Of a stretch of 64,000 bases of DNA, positions 47,301-60,816 are shown one piece after another (the first letter of the stretch is position 1; every line of letters begins with the position of its first letter). The notes beneath the pieces were generated by a model. The model saw only the letters and a program-made list of their open reading frames with translations. It was not told the origin of the DNA and did no database searches. Source of the DNA: Azolla caroliniana (taxonomy: Eukaryota > Plantae > Polypodiophyta); NCBI GenBank assembly GCA_043228905.1, contig JBHGNT010000005.1, positions 17,484,001 through 17,548,000 on the forward strand. Reading direction: 5' to 3'. Position numbers and translations under genes: made by a program.

Positions 47301-49740
47301 AGTTTACTGCCCCTTACACTCCGGTACAAAATGGTGTGGCAGAAAGGATGAATAGAACCATCCAGGACAGGGTTGTTTCTATGTTGCATCATGCAAAACT
47401 GTCGCAAGGTTTTTGGGCTGAAGCAGTTCGGACAGCAGTCCATGTGATAAATCTATCACCTAGCATTGCCAAAGGCTTGAAAGTGGCGCAAGAGTTGTGG
47501 ACAGGAAAAAGCCCAAACTATGATCATCTTAGGGTATTTGGATGTGAAGCGTATGTTCATGTTCCAAAACAATTAAGGCAAAAACTAGATTTTAAGAGCA
47601 GGAAATGCATTTTCCTTGGCTATGGCGTAGATGGTCAATTTGGATATCATTTGTGGGATCCTGAAACGCGCTCTATAGTCAAAAGTAGTGACGTCGTTTT
47701 CAACGAAAAGATTATGCATAAATAGCCAATTAAGGAAGTGGAAGTGAGGAAAGTGACATTTCAAGATGTTATACCCTTTATTAGTGTGGAAAAAGATAAC
47801 CCCACACCGATGCTGAACAATCCTATAAATGTTCACCCATATAAGGATGTTCAAAATGAGGATGCATGTGTACAACCTGAAAACAATCTGACTCCGGTTC
47901 AGCAACCAGTGAGACGATCTACTCGTGTCTCTAGGCCACCAACTAAGCTCACGGACTATGTGATGTTAATGGATGGTGGTGAACCCTCTTGTTATAAGGA
48001 AGTTATTTTGGCCAATGATCATGCTAAGTGGGAGCGTGCCATGCAAAATGAATTGGACAACATTTATAAAAATGGTACTTGGGATCTAGTACCTTTGCCA
48101 AAGGACAGGAAAGCATTGCCATGCAAATGGGTATACAAGTACAAGTATACATTTGATAATGCTTCCCCAAAGTATAAAGCATGCTTGGTTGCCAAAGGTT
48201 TCAAGCAAGAACATGGAATTGATTTTGATGAAACTTAATTCTCCTGTATTTAAGATGACTACATTGCGTATGTTGCTTTCATTGGCTGCAAATCAGAATT
48301 TGGAATTAGTCCAAATGGATGTGAAGACTACCTTTTTACATGGGGATCTTGATGAGGATATTTATATGGAACAACCTGAAGGTCATGAAGTCTCGGGAAA
48401 AGAACATTTGGTATGTAAACTCAAGAAGAGTTTGTATGGGCTTAAGCAGTCCCCTAGATTGTGGTACCAAAAGTTTGATGCTTTTATGAAAACTCAAGGA
48501 TATACTAGAAGCAATGAGGATGCATGTCTTTATACGAAAACTTGTTCAGATGGGAGTTTTATTACATTAATAGTATATGTTGATGACAAGCTTATTGTTG
48601 GTAAAAACAAGGGTGAGTTATCCTCGTTGAAGAAAAACTTGGGCTAGAATTTTGACATGAAGGATTTGGGAGATGCAAAACATGTTCTTGGTATGTGTAT
48701 TACTCGTGATAGGATTAAGCGATGCATTTACTTATCTCAGGCTGAGTACATATCGAAAGTGCTCAAGAGGTTGAATATGGAGAATGCAAAGACCTTGAGC
48801 ACTCCATTGCCTACATATGTAAAACTGAGCACATGTGATTGCCCCACATCTTATGAGGACAAGGAATTCATGTCCAAGGTTCCTTATCAATCTGCAGTTG
48901 GGAGTCTTATGTATGCCATGGTGGTTACTAGACCAGACATTGCATTTGCAGTGGGAGTTGTAAGTTGATTCATGTCAAACCCTGGTAAGAAACACTGGGA
49001 TGCAGTCAAGTTGATACTCAGATATCTGAGTGGCACTAAGGATAAGTGCCTTTGTTTAGGCAAAGGGGATGCCTCTATCATTGGATACACAGATTCAGAT
49101 TATGCCGGATGCGCTGATAGTAGGAAATCTACTTCAGGTTACATCTTTCAGATTATGGGAAGTGTTATTGCTTGAAGATCTCATCTTCAAGATTGTGTCG
49201 CATTGTCAACAACAGAGGTTGAGTATGTTGCAGCCAGTGAGGCATGTAAGGAAGCGGTTTGGCTGTCTCGATTAGCTAGTGACATGGGTATACCGCAACA
49301 TGTACCCAAACTGTTTTGTGATAGTCATAGTGCCATTGCTTTGGCTAAGAATCCGGTATATCATGCGAAGACCAAACATATTGGAGTGTGATACCATTTC
49401 ATTCAGGAATGCATAGCTAATGATTGTATTAGCCTTGAGAAGGTTGTTTCTCACGAAAATGTTGCAGATGCATTGACTAAGGCCTTACCACAAGATGCAT
49501 TAGAGCATTGTTGTTACTTGATGGGCATTACTTAGTACCTTACGTTACACACTTGCTGTGTACATTGTGTAACATGCCCATCAGGTGGGAGGTATAGGTC
49601 TAGGTCTTGTACAGGTCAACCTTCCATTATTTGTACTCCTAATTTAGGCCTTTTAGTGGGAGATTGTTATATGTACATGTATCCCCGATACATACTAAGT
49701 GTGAAAAGGCCAAAACTGGTCTTCCACTCAGTTGTGTGGG

Positions 49741-49785
<45 letters not shown>

Positions 49786-49989
49786 TGTGTGTGTGTGTGT
49801 GTGGTTGTTTTTTTCCCCCCTTTTCTATTTGTTGCAGAGATTTACCTCTCTCTCCTCTTGTAATCTCCACCCTGCTGTATCAATTGAATCCCTATTCCAC
49901 TCGTGCACTCCTTCTTCATCCTTCACTGTCCGTGCATTACGATCAAGAGCAGATTGTCTCTTGATTTTCTGCTCTATTCATTGTCATCA
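44376..49989 (+). mobile_element. Full-length degenerate Ty1/Copia I (Tnt1/Tork-like)
   Basis: LTRs 44376-44710 and 49665-49989; TSD TTGTT at 44371-44375 and 49990-49994; PBS 44712-44723; PPT AGTGGGAGA before 49665. Confidence 0.94.
45519..49535 (+). pseudogene. gag-pol of I
   Basis: KFDGSNFALWK, CHYCHKKGHIKKDC, WLLDSGASFH, HTDVCGP, YVDD, GYTDSDYAG; stops and frameshifts. Confidence 0.9.
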
Positions 49990-49994
49990 TTGTT

Positions 49995-51089
49995 TGCTTC
50001 TCTCCTATGCTGGTTGCTAGATCTTCCCACGCTTCTACACCCTATTCTCTGTTTTTCCTCCTCCTTCGATTGATTGCTTTTGGATCGTCTTTCTTTTGCT
50101 CCGCTGCTTCTCCTTCCTCTTCTTCTTCTCTCCTCTTCTTCTTATTTCCTGATTCTGCTTCATCTTTCTCTTTCTTTTTATCTTCCTCCTCTTTCCTCTT
50201 TCCTCTTTCTTCTTCTTGCTTCCGCCACTGCTATGTCCATTGTCTGTCCATGTCGCTCGCTCTCTGATTTCGTCTGTCCGGTTCAGTCATCGTCTTGGCG
50301 TTCGTGATCCACTGGTCGCATCTCCCTCCAATCGGTTGTTGTTGTTGTTGTTGTTGTTGTCTGTCTCCATCGCTCAGCGGCTCTATCTCTGACTGTGCCA
50401 CCGTCTGATCGATCGTTGGTGTTCTGCCTGTCATCCGTCGCCTTCTCTGGCCTCTTCTGTGCATTTTGGCCGCCCGTCCGGCGATCGGTCCATCTCCGGT
50501 CATCGTCGTCTTGGACATCTCCCTCTGTCCGTCTATCCCTCGGTGCTTTGCTACTCAGCCCTGTTCGGCCATCTCCATCCGCGTTTGTTCGGTCATTTGT
50601 CTCTAGTCGGCGTCGTCATCATCTCTGTCGGCCCCATCCAGCCGTCACAATTGTTGTGCATCGCTTCTTGTTCTTTTTATGTCGTTCGTTGTTCCATCAT
50701 GGTTGGTGTCCTGTCTATCTCTATCCGCCGTCTTCGTCACTATCTATGTCAGCCCTGTCCATCCGGTCTCTGTCGTCAACTGTTGGTTTTCTAGCTGCCG
50801 TTGTCCGGTCGTCGTCCGGCTTCTCTGTCTCTTTCGTCGCCATTGTTGTCGTTTCGGCTGTCTGTCTGTTTGAGATCGTGTTTGTCTCTCGCTCCGTTGT
50901 CGTCGTCATCTCTATGGAGCCATCATCTATTCTAGAATGTAGAGTGATAGAATACTCTTATGATATTAGATTATATATTCTAACAACTATACATATAAGC
51001 ATATTATTACAATGGTTAAGGATTTGATATGTGTATAACAATGTTGTAGGTTCAAATCCTTTCGAGGCATCATGAGTGTCATCATGACA
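49995..51089 (-). mobile_element. Low-complexity segment ending in a D-like LTR terminus (probable continuation of J or a related element)
   Basis: Ends ATCATGACA like the D LTR; shares TTCTAGAATGT and the tRNA-like segment with the D LTR; CT/GTC-rich. Confidence 0.45.
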
Positions 51090-52559
51090 CCAATCGGCAT
51101 TATAATCTATCTCCCAACAGCACTACATCCTCAACTTGTTATACAAGTTCGGGATAATTGAGTGCAAATATGTGGCAACCCTTCTCGATCGAAACCTAAA
51201 GCTAATTGCCAACTCCGGCACGGAAGAGTGCGAGCCGACTCAGTATCGACAACTTATCAGTAGTCTTATCTACCTCATGATCATTCGTCTTGACCTCAAC
51301 TACCCGGTCAATCTCCTTAGCCAATTCATGCAAAAACCACATGACATCCACGTGGATTGTGCTAAGTGAGTATTACGATACATGAGCGGCACAATGGATT
51401 GTGGCATTCTCTAAAAGACGACAATGTCAATTCGACTCGAAGGGTATATTGATGTCGATTGGGCCAGCAGTAGAGTTGATCGACCTTCGGATTTGTTTTT
51501 TCCCTCAGCAGCGGAGCAATATCCTGGAGTAACAAGAAGCAATCGATTGTTACACTTTCGATCATAGAGGCCAAATACGAGGGCGCGGTTTAATGGAAGC
51601 TTAAGAATAGAGAATACACAAGAGAGGTAGAGAGAGCAAAAAGCATCAACTCAATTCAAAATAATAATACTCTGTACATACAATGTGCTCAGTGAGCACT
51701 TTTATACAAGTCCATGAAAGGATTGACATGTACTTTAATGCTCATACGAGCGACAAACACTAACTCCCAAAAATATGCTTACATACTAGGCTAGACTCGT
51801 GGGGCCTGAACGGTCTATTGATTACAATCCCGTCTATCCCTCTGATTCGGCTTCTGGTTTCGGATACTAATTCGGCTCTGGCTTATTCAGCCAATTCGGA
51901 TCCGGTTGAGCTTGTCCACTCAACAATGCGAGAAAACGCGTTCAGGTTGGATATGTTGACCTTCAACAAATCAACACAAATCTACAGAAGGCCGACATCT
52001 TCACCAAAGCCCTAAGAGCCGACAAGCTTCGGCAATTCATGTCATACCTTGGACTAACAATCCCTTACTTGCCTAGCTTGGGGGGGAGTACAAACCAGAC
52101 ATTGTTCGAACCGAATAGTAGTAGACGCGGACATCAACCAAAAGGAGACGATCCAAGTTGAGCTTGAGGGGGCATGTTGAGAATCAAGCTCAACCTAGTC
52201 CAGTGTGTGAACACACCCTTTGAGATCTATGATCACTCAAAGGTCAAAAGTCACCACTACTTTTGTAGCATTAACTATGTGTCATAGAATATGATTCTAT
52301 GACACATAACTAATGAGTTTCCACATTCCCCATGACCAATGAGCTTCCGTAGTTAATGAAGAGAGAGAGTAACTATATAAAGCACCCTCCTACTTTGTAA
52401 TGTGTCGATTAAATCTCCTTTGTAATATACATCTTCTTGAGTATTCGATTTTTATCTATCTTGTGTCTCTCTCATCTCCTCTTCTCAAACACACACACAC
52501 ACACACAACACACATCTCTAACCTATTCCACTGCACATAATCATATCTGATTCTTTACA
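51090..52559 (+). mobile_element. Copia remnant K (RT/RH, PPT and 3' LTR 52175-52559)
   Basis: LLYKFG, SLIYL, DIFTKAL; PPT 52163-52174; LTR TGTTGAG...TTTACA. Confidence 0.75.
51591..51925 (-). repeat. Partial LTR of the A/B/X Copia group, inside K
   Basis: Reverse complement starts TGTTGAGTGGACAAGCTCAACC; similar to 9284-9705. Confidence 0.75.
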
Positions 52560-53058
52560 ATTGTCAAGTAGGAAAATAGGACAGTTAGTTGTAACTGAAG
52601 GTTCTTGTCGAACGGCAATTGTATTATCGTGGCAAAGTCATTCAAGTCGCCTAAAAAAATATAACCAAGATCATTGTAACATCATCGATCTGTATTGTCG
52701 TAAGTTTAATATAATTTTTTTAGTTAGAGTACATGTTGTGTCTTGAGCTACTATTCAGAATTTCTATTACTCGAAATGCATATGGCTAACTGTCGATCAT
52801 ACTAGTTTTTGATAACCACAATGAGTGAGTATTGTAAATTGACATATATGTATTTATGTTGATTGTGTTTAGTAATCCCTAAGCAGAGTCAATCGACTCT
52901 AATTTCCAACCACAATCCCATTGATAGAATGATTATATAAGTAAGCCATTCAACCCTTTGTGTCTGTCAACCAAAACAATGTATTAGGTTCGGAACAACC
53001 CAATACAAAGTTGGGCTCGTCGCCGAAGGGTTTAAACAAGAACACGGGGTCGATACGA

Positions 53059-53390
53059 CGAGATCTTCTCATCGGTAATCAAAATGACCCCCATTCGGCT
53101 CCTACTAGGGGTCATGGCAACAGAAGACCTAGAGCTCGAACAACTTGATGTCAAGACGACCTTCCTACACGATGATCCCGACGAAGACATTTACATGTCT
53201 CAACCGGCAGGCTTCACAACGACAAGGTAGCAAGGTCACCTCGTCTGCAAGTTGATGAAGAGCCTATATGGCCTAAAGCCAACACCGTGAATGTGGTATC
53301 AGAAATCTAATACCTACATACGACAACTCGGTTACAGTCGATCGAAATCTGACCCATGTATGTATATCCGGCAATTGGCCAATGAGTCAC
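53059..53390 (+). pseudogene. Copia RT fragment (C-like)
   Basis: LELEQLDVKTTFLH..IYMSQP..KSLYGLK with stops. Confidence 0.75.
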
Positions 53391-53846
53391 TAGAAAGGAG
53401 ATGATCGAGGGACAAGTGGAGCCAAAACCAATCAAGGGTTCAGCAAGGAGCATAAGAGCGAGCACAAACTGAGAGCCAAAGGACGACTAGAGGTCGAAAG
53501 CCGGAATCGAACACCATCCGATATAGAGTGACGAGCCTATCCGAACACCATCTGATCCGAACTAGTCGGTCCGACCAATCCCGAAAGCCTATCCAGATGA
53601 TATCAGATCCGGACACTAGCCGAATTAGGCCAGATTCAAACAACATCTACCGATTCGTCCATAAGCCGATCCACTTGTAATCATACAACAGTAACTTTAG
53701 ATTCAAATTGTAATCTAGGTTTACGGGGGAGATAACCCCAATAGATTGTATCCCATATATAGTAGTCCTTTTAGGGGGATTTTGTTGGCATAAAAGGCAG
53801 ATTCTACCCATTTGTATCTCTAGTGTGAATAATATTGGGCCCGATT

Positions 53847-54330
53847 AAGCCATGGTTTAACGGTTCCCAAAAACATTTAATGGTTTGGTTTGGTTCGGGT
53901 TATAAATAAACGGTTCGGTTTGGTTGCAACACTCAAGTTTATTGGTTTATAGGTTTGGGATAAAGGTTTTTGGGTTTTTGGTGAACTTTTTCCCCCCGTT
54001 AATGGTTTATTAATTTAATGGTTTAATTAATGCTTATTTAATTTAATGGTTTAATTAATGTTTTTTTTATTGATTTAATAAATTTAGCTTAAATGTTTAT
54101 TTAATTTAATGTATTTTTGTTTATTGAGTTTTTTAATTAGTTTTACTTAAGTCGTTAGGCTTTTTTTAAATGGTTCGGTTTGGTTCAACTTTTCTGTAAA
54201 AGGTTTGGGTTTAAATAGTTTGGTTACCTTTTCTTAAATGGTTTGGTTTTTGTTTTATATAAATGGTTTAGTTCGGTTTGGTTTGGTTTCAAGGCAAAGA
54301 AACCAAAACCGAACCGAACCCATTGCTAAG
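53847..54330. mobile_element. MITE-like AT-rich element
   Basis: GGTTCGGTT/AACCGAACC subterminal repeats; imperfect terminal inverted repeat; TSD not resolved. Confidence 0.45.
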
Positions 54331-55548
54331 TGTGAACACACGACCTAGTTAGGGCTTAACTATATAATTAAAAGTCCATCCAAGTCATTAGAACAGAGTG
54401 AGAGAGAGTTTTGGAGGGAATAAGCAAGTCTACCTTTGAGCTTAACTTAGTGCAACTATCTGTGCTTCTTGATCTTTTAATCTTGCAAACAGTGCATATC
54501 CATTCTTCTAGTTATCTGTATTGTTGATTGTCTTACACCAACCTGCAGGTCTTCATCATTCTGCCGCATACCTCCATATTCATCAACACATTCCTTAGTT
54601 CAAGGCCCCCTGTCATCCCATTCGAGTAGCACATGCATGCATGTGTAATGTGCAAACATAATACAGTAAAGACATATGTTGTTGATAACTTCCTTGCCTC
54701 AATATCCCATTGGTCCTACTCGAGTAGCACAAATGTGTTCATAATTACACAACAACATATGGGAGGATTATGAAGAGAAAGTCGACAATGCCATAAATCG
54801 AAAACTCGTCGTGCTGAAACTCAAGGATATCCCCTCAATATTTCTTTATCTTATTTCTCTATCGCCCTATGTAAAAGGGATCACTATTGTAGAAAGTTTG
54901 ATTCTACCTTGAATTTAATCCTCTTGGAGTTTGTAATAATGTGTGAGAATCGCATCCACCTTGTTATTTTAACCTATTTGCATTTCAAAATAATTGTATA
55001 TTGTGTTTTTGTTGATTTGGGATGAACAAGGATCATGACAAAAAAAATGCTTATGAATTCTGAGCACGAGGCATAGCTTATAAACTTGTCTTCATTTTGC
55101 GAGGAGGTTAAATTTTGGGACCTGTGTTTTGGTCGGTAAATAGTGTTTGGCGCGAAAATCCCAACAACGAGAACCCATTTTCACATTAAAAAGAAGAGAA
55201 TTTGACGAGTGATGGCATTCAAGCACACAATACCTATTTTTGAGAGATATGATGCCCAACCTTGTAAACAACGCTTGTATGTGGGATGGAAATTTTCCCA
55301 TGAAGAAGAAAGTTGTTCGGCAAACAAATCATCCAAGAAATTTTCATCCAGACCTAGATTTGGGAATCGCTACTGCTACTATGCAACCATCACCACGATG
55401 TCCAAAGATTCGGTGGGTGATTGCAACCGAGTGCATCATGGCATCCGGTGTATTGCACTCAAAAGTTATTGCTCATTTAGACAAGGGACGTGCTCGAGAC
55501 AAAAGAGAAAGAAATTGATTACCTCGAATAGTGGCTCCATAATGTTAT

Positions 55549-55997
55549 TGTTGAGATATCAAGCTCAACTAAGTTTAGCCATTTAGTTAACCACTAACTT
55601 AGGTTACCTAGATAGAATCTAGTTAGTGTGTTGACCTTAAAGCCTTATATAGGATTTTGTACTTGAGTGGGATACATTCTAGATCCTCCACTACCAAGTT
55701 CATTGAATATAGGACTTACATCCTCATACCTATATTCTCCTCACACATGTGCACCCTTGGCACTTGAGATGTATATATACCACATTGTGGGTATCGTTGT
55801 ATTTTGATGCTTATTAATATAGAGAAAGGTCTTTAGCTACACTCTTGTTAATCATCCCCCATTTATATTATTGCTCATAACTGTAACTTCCTCTCTCTCT
55901 TCCTCTCACACACATATCACATCATCTTCTATTGCGTTATTAACTACTCACATAATTAGACACTAATTAGCCCTAGTTAATTACCTAATTATTAACA
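55549..55997 (+). mobile_element. Old solo LTR (Copia, K-like)
   Basis: TGTTGAGATATCAAGCTCAAC...TTAACA; TSD GTTAT/ATTAT. Confidence 0.7.
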
Positions 55998-57897
55998 ATT
56001 ATGTTGGACTGCATCACTCAAGCCAAAATAAAATAAAATTGAATGAGCTACGGCATCACAAACCTCTATAAAAGCAAGGACAGTCACCCAATTCTTAGAG
56101 AGTGGCCCAAAATCAGATTTCATAGAGAGTGGATGTTAGACCCTAATGTAAACATTGGTTATCATCAATACCTAAGTGGTGAAGCTCCATAAACGACGTG
56201 ATAAATCATTTCTTATAATTGGCCTCTTCAAGAGCTTGGGGATAGCTTGTCATAGCCAACTACCAATTGGCCTCAAAGTCATTTCACTAATCATGATACT
56301 TAGCCTACAGAACTATACAGACTACTTCATTGTCGTCAGCGACCAACAAAAATGGGTGGACATATGTGTATGAGAAATGAGCTCTGGCTTGATGGCTATG
56401 ATGGCATACTACAATAGGTATAGATGGGTTGAAGCTGCTATTTTCTTTGGCAATTCTCTATTTTGAACATCCTATTTCTACCTCAAGAACAAGACTATCA
56501 TCAATATCACTACATCAATCTCAAATCCTCTAGTATAGCCGATATTTATTACATGGCTACAAAAAGGTAGACATAGGTGCCCAAAGAAATGTTGTACACT
56601 CCAAGGGTGACAAATGAAGGGATCGATCTCCTATCTGAGTCAACATGAGAGATGTCTAGACATCACTATGTATGATTTATGTATCCATATACATAAAGAA
56701 GGGGTTATAATGCATTATGACCACCATAATTGTCCATCTTAATTTCAGAAAGGCATGTACCAAGCCCACTACCAAAATACCTTCTCAATCAATTGATAGA
56801 TGTCTAGACCATTGTTTCCATATATATAGGGAAGCACAAAAATGAATCTTGACTATCATAAATTTCAAAAAGTCATGTGTCACCTCCACTGCCAATATGC
56901 CTTCTCAATCAACATTATAAAGGTATTATACTTACCATATCAATCTCCAAACCACTAGTTAAGTGAACCTTTATCTTGGTCAAAGATTGCACTGTACAAC
57001 TCACAAAAGTTTGCTACAAGCATCTGAAAAATGACATAGAAACAAAAAGGGACCTTTTCTTCTCGAGGCAACAGTTACCAATAAAGGAAAGGCATGTGTC
57101 TTTATACTAGAGTGAACGAGAATATACTTATCATTGTCATATCCTGACCACAGCAAAATTTAGCAAAGTCCCATATTATTTCCCAAATCTATTCATGGAA
57201 GAATGAAGGCCTTCTTGCTTTTGAGGACCTGAGGAAACAACTCAACATCGAGTATTTCATTTTACAAAGCTTTTTTTCCTCACTTTCAGGAAGTTAATGA
57301 AAAAGGCAGATCCGTCCACCTTCTCTCATTCTTGTAAGCAGTGTATATACACAGGTGTATACAGAACTAGTGTCTATAGTATTATATACACACCCTTGCG
57401 TGCTTTTGTACATACAACACCATTGTACATACCATTGATATACTCACTCTGTGCATCCTACAGTTTCCATGTCTCTTACTGTAATATAGATGTTTCCTTC
57501 CGAAGAAGCATAAACAAAACAGCCTTAAATAAAAGCCATAAGAAGCTGATTCTGTTACACAAGGAAATTCACCTATAACCAGTTCTAACTAATCTACGCT
57601 GAGACTCAATGCCTATATGCATCAAACACAGCATACAATGAGAAATATAAAAAGAAGACATAGATTAAGGTAAATGAAGAAAAACGTTACTTTCACATGG
57701 AATATCAATGTCACAGAGCACTCAATATAATACAATACAGACAGGGTACGAGTTAATGAACGCAGGTTCTATATAGTCTCAAACCTGCTATATATAAGGG
57801 AGAAAGTGGCTTTACAAAGCAATACCTTGTGCATAAGGTAATAGTTTATAATTGCAAGCTTTACACTCCCTACATCTAATATATCCTTTTTATTATC

Positions 57898-57938
<41 letters not shown>
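57898..57938. repeat. (TA)n(CA)n microsatellite in the kinase 3' UTR
   Basis: Seen directly, just downstream of the stop codon. Confidence 0.9.
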
Positions 57939-57939
<1 letters not shown>

Positions 57940-57949
57940 TATATGTATA

Positions 57950-58189
57950 TTAGGCACCAAGGTATGTTTGCCGGCCACCTTGAATAGAGAGTCGAAAAGC
58001 CTTCCTTATAGACCACAAAACCTCAACAGCTTCTTTCATATTAGGCCTATCTTGTCTCGTTGGTGCTGAACAACAAAACGCTAACTCAAAAAGCTTTTGT
58101 AGCAAATCAATAATCACATCTGACTTTTCAAGTTGAAGATTGGGATCCATGATATCCATGACCTCTGAATGGATGAACTTGGCATATGC
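57950..58189 (-). CDS. CRCK: CRCK-like exon 6
   Basis: [26 protein letters not shown]..; TAG acceptor. Confidence 0.88.
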   Translation of the reverse strand, partial: AYAKFIHSEVMDIMDPNLQLEKSDVIIDLLQKLFELAFCCSAPTRQDRPNMKEAVEVLWSIRKAFRLSIQGGRQTYLGA

Positions 58190-60816
58190 CTACGACAACA
58201 CACTTAAAGATCAACATCTCCTAATCGAAAACAAACACCATGAAAATAAGTGACATGGTGAATGAATTTTGGGCAGCACAGAGGAACACCAATATATACA
58301 TTTTGCTTATTTACCAGAACACTCATAAGGTATCCCCCAGTTTCTTGAGCTTAACAACATATGACAGTTTTAATGGCACATAATCAGTGCAGCACTTAGG
58401 TAATTACTGCCAATCAGGTTAACTAGTGCCCCGAATTAATGATTAATAGGCTGATAAATTAAGTCAAAGATCAATAGGTACTAACTAAATAATCAGCCTA
58501 TTCATCCTTTAGTAGGAGCAAACTTACATTGTCAAACAATTCCTACTTAGAACATGGTTTGGTAAGTTTAGGAAACTGAGGGGGTATCCTGGTAAACATG
58601 CAAAACTTTACTGGTATATCCATGCAATAGTAAGTGGTACTAACCCAACGCACTGTAATACGCTCATCAAGATCTCTGCTCTGCTCTATTGGCCGCCTCC
58701 CACTAAAAAGTTCCAATAATAGTATGCCAAACGCATAGACATCCGACTTTGTTGTTAGCTTGTAAGTTTTCAAGTATTCCGGATCTAGATATCCAGCAGT
58801 TCCTTTAACTTTGGTCATAACATGTGTTGCATTTGTCTCTGTGGGACCTACTCTGGAGAAGCCGAAATCAACTACCTTCGCTCGAAAGTTTTCCGTCAGC
58901 AAAATATTTGAAGATTTCACGTCTCTATGAATGATGGGCTTATCTATTAAAAGAAATCAAAGTATTAGAACCCCATATACAAATTAACAGTCAAGGCCTG
59001 TAGTGGTTGTGATTCTCTCTCTCGAAGTAGAATATTGTTTTTAGTCATTTCACTGTTAATTAAACATACAATCTCTCAACCTACTAATTGTATAAGGATA
59101 TTTGCATAGATTAGTGCCATATACATGTTTATAATCGCAACTTTCTAAAGGCCAAACTAGAATGGAACTTGTTCATACTAAAACATGTGCAACATGCATC
59201 ACTCGAAGCAGAGAGACATGTGACTCAAGAATCCAGTGGCTGAATCAAAGATTAGCCATCTGCTATCCACATCACGTGAACATACATGAGCAGGGCATCA
59301 TGCAACCTCAAGGGTCTTCCAGGAAAGGTTCATAAAGCCTATCAAGCTTCCTCAAAAGTTGGCCACCATGCTTACAAAATCCAATGAATATTCCATGAAG
59401 AATGGCTAAACCACATGACTGAAAAGAGAAAAGATGTTACAGCACGTGATTTTATATTGTCAAGTGATTCAACATTGTCATAAACCGCCAGTTACAGTCT
59501 AAGTGTCCACCACAGGTACGATATATATTAGAAGATATTAGTAGCATGATTCTAAACATGCATTAGTCTCCGCCACTATGCACTTAAATATCAACTCTCA
59601 GATTTCAGTCACTTAAATGATTAATATTCTGATCTCTAAAAAATAACTTTCGAGCAAGGGTCCCCTATTTTTTTGCATGCCCTGCCCTTACTACCAATCC
59701 ACAAAGGAACTCCGTTGACAATTAGGGTAAAGGTCCATGTCAACCATGAATTCTCTCAACCCATTGTTATCTTTCTCTTACTCGAGCATAAAATATATAA
59801 AAAGAAAGCTCTGGATTATGCCAACTGCTAGAACTGGCCACGTCTATATTACAAAGACTAGTGTTAAGATATTCAAGGGAACACAAGTTCAAGCCACTAA
59901 AATGACATGAAAAGAAAGAAAACATATTACCCGCATATAGGTGGAGATAGGTGAGAGCATGAGCAACATCAATTGCAATATCTACACGTTGAGACAAGTC
60001 TAAAACAACACCAAACTTACCTGCAATAATACTTAGGTTAATGATGTTATGTGGTTTAGACAAATACATACAAAGTTCCACTCACAATCAAGATGTTCCC
60101 GCAAGTTATGATTTGCCACAAATTCTTCCACCAATATTCGTTCGTTTCCCTCCTCCACATAACCAATCAACCTTACAAGATTTAGATGATCTATATTGGC
60201 TAACATGTTGATTTCACTTTCAAATTGCTGTGTCAATAATGTCTGGAACACATCCTGCGCAAATGAATGCTTTTCAATGGCATGCCTTGGCCCTCTAAAT
60301 GCAGCTGACAACACATCGCCATGAAACAAAATATTAATATACACGCCTTTACTTTCACAAATCTATTACCTTCCTTGCTCTCTTGATTGCTACAATAGAG
60401 CCATCTCTGAGCTTGCCCCTATAAACCGTGCCAAAGCCACCTTGTCCAACTTTACAAGATGCAGAAAAGTTCGAGGTAGCCTTGTTGAGATCAGACATCG
60501 TAAAGAGGATGGCTTTCCCAGGCTGCAATATAGCTCTTGAATGGTGTGATTGGGCATCTTGTGATGATGCTGAAACCACTGCATCGAAAATTTGGGAACT
60601 ATCAGGAAAAGATAACTACATTCTAAAAACAATCACATGTTAGAAGTTAGAATACTCTTATGTATTGGAGAAAGAGAACTCACATGAGAGTTCACCTTCT
60701 TGGATAGCTTTCCTTTTCTTCACATCAAAACATGGGAAGATAATATGAAGGCATGCTGGAAGGCAGCCAGACTCATTTGATTCTTGTTTTTCTTGCACCT
60801 CGGAACTTGTATACAT
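57950..60816 (-). CDS. CRCK: Receptor-like cytoplasmic Ser/Thr kinase, calmodulin-binding RLCK (CRCK)-like; 6 coding exons, ~379 aa (start codon tentative)
   Basis: Exons 60816-60684, 60578-60370, 60254-60086, 60020-59931, 58943-58645, 58189-57950; all introns GT-AG, phases consistent (1140 nt); [36 protein letters not shown]-terminal IIFPCF. Confidence 0.88.
58645..58943 (-). CDS. CRCK: CRCK-like exon 5
   Basis: [23 protein letters not shown]. Confidence 0.92.
59931..60020 (-). CDS. CRCK: CRCK-like exon 4
   Basis: [29 protein letters not shown]. Confidence 0.9.
60086..60254 (-). CDS. CRCK: CRCK-like exon 3
   Basis: [30 protein letters not shown]. Confidence 0.9.
60370..60578 (-). CDS. CRCK: CRCK-like exon 2
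   Basis: [30 protein letters not shown]. Confidence 0.9.
60684..60816 (-). CDS. CRCK: CRCK-like exon 1 (coding part; exon acceptor at 60875)
   Basis: Open in phase: [23 protein letters not shown]. Confidence 0.65.

Noticed and set aside
50007-51027. Several ORFs in the CT/GTC-rich tract
   Set aside because: Low-complexity artefacts with no recognisable domain
54600-57250. Possible degraded transposon or gene fragments (e.g. ORF 55240..55518)
   Set aside because: No motif or terminus that I can support, apart from the solo LTR
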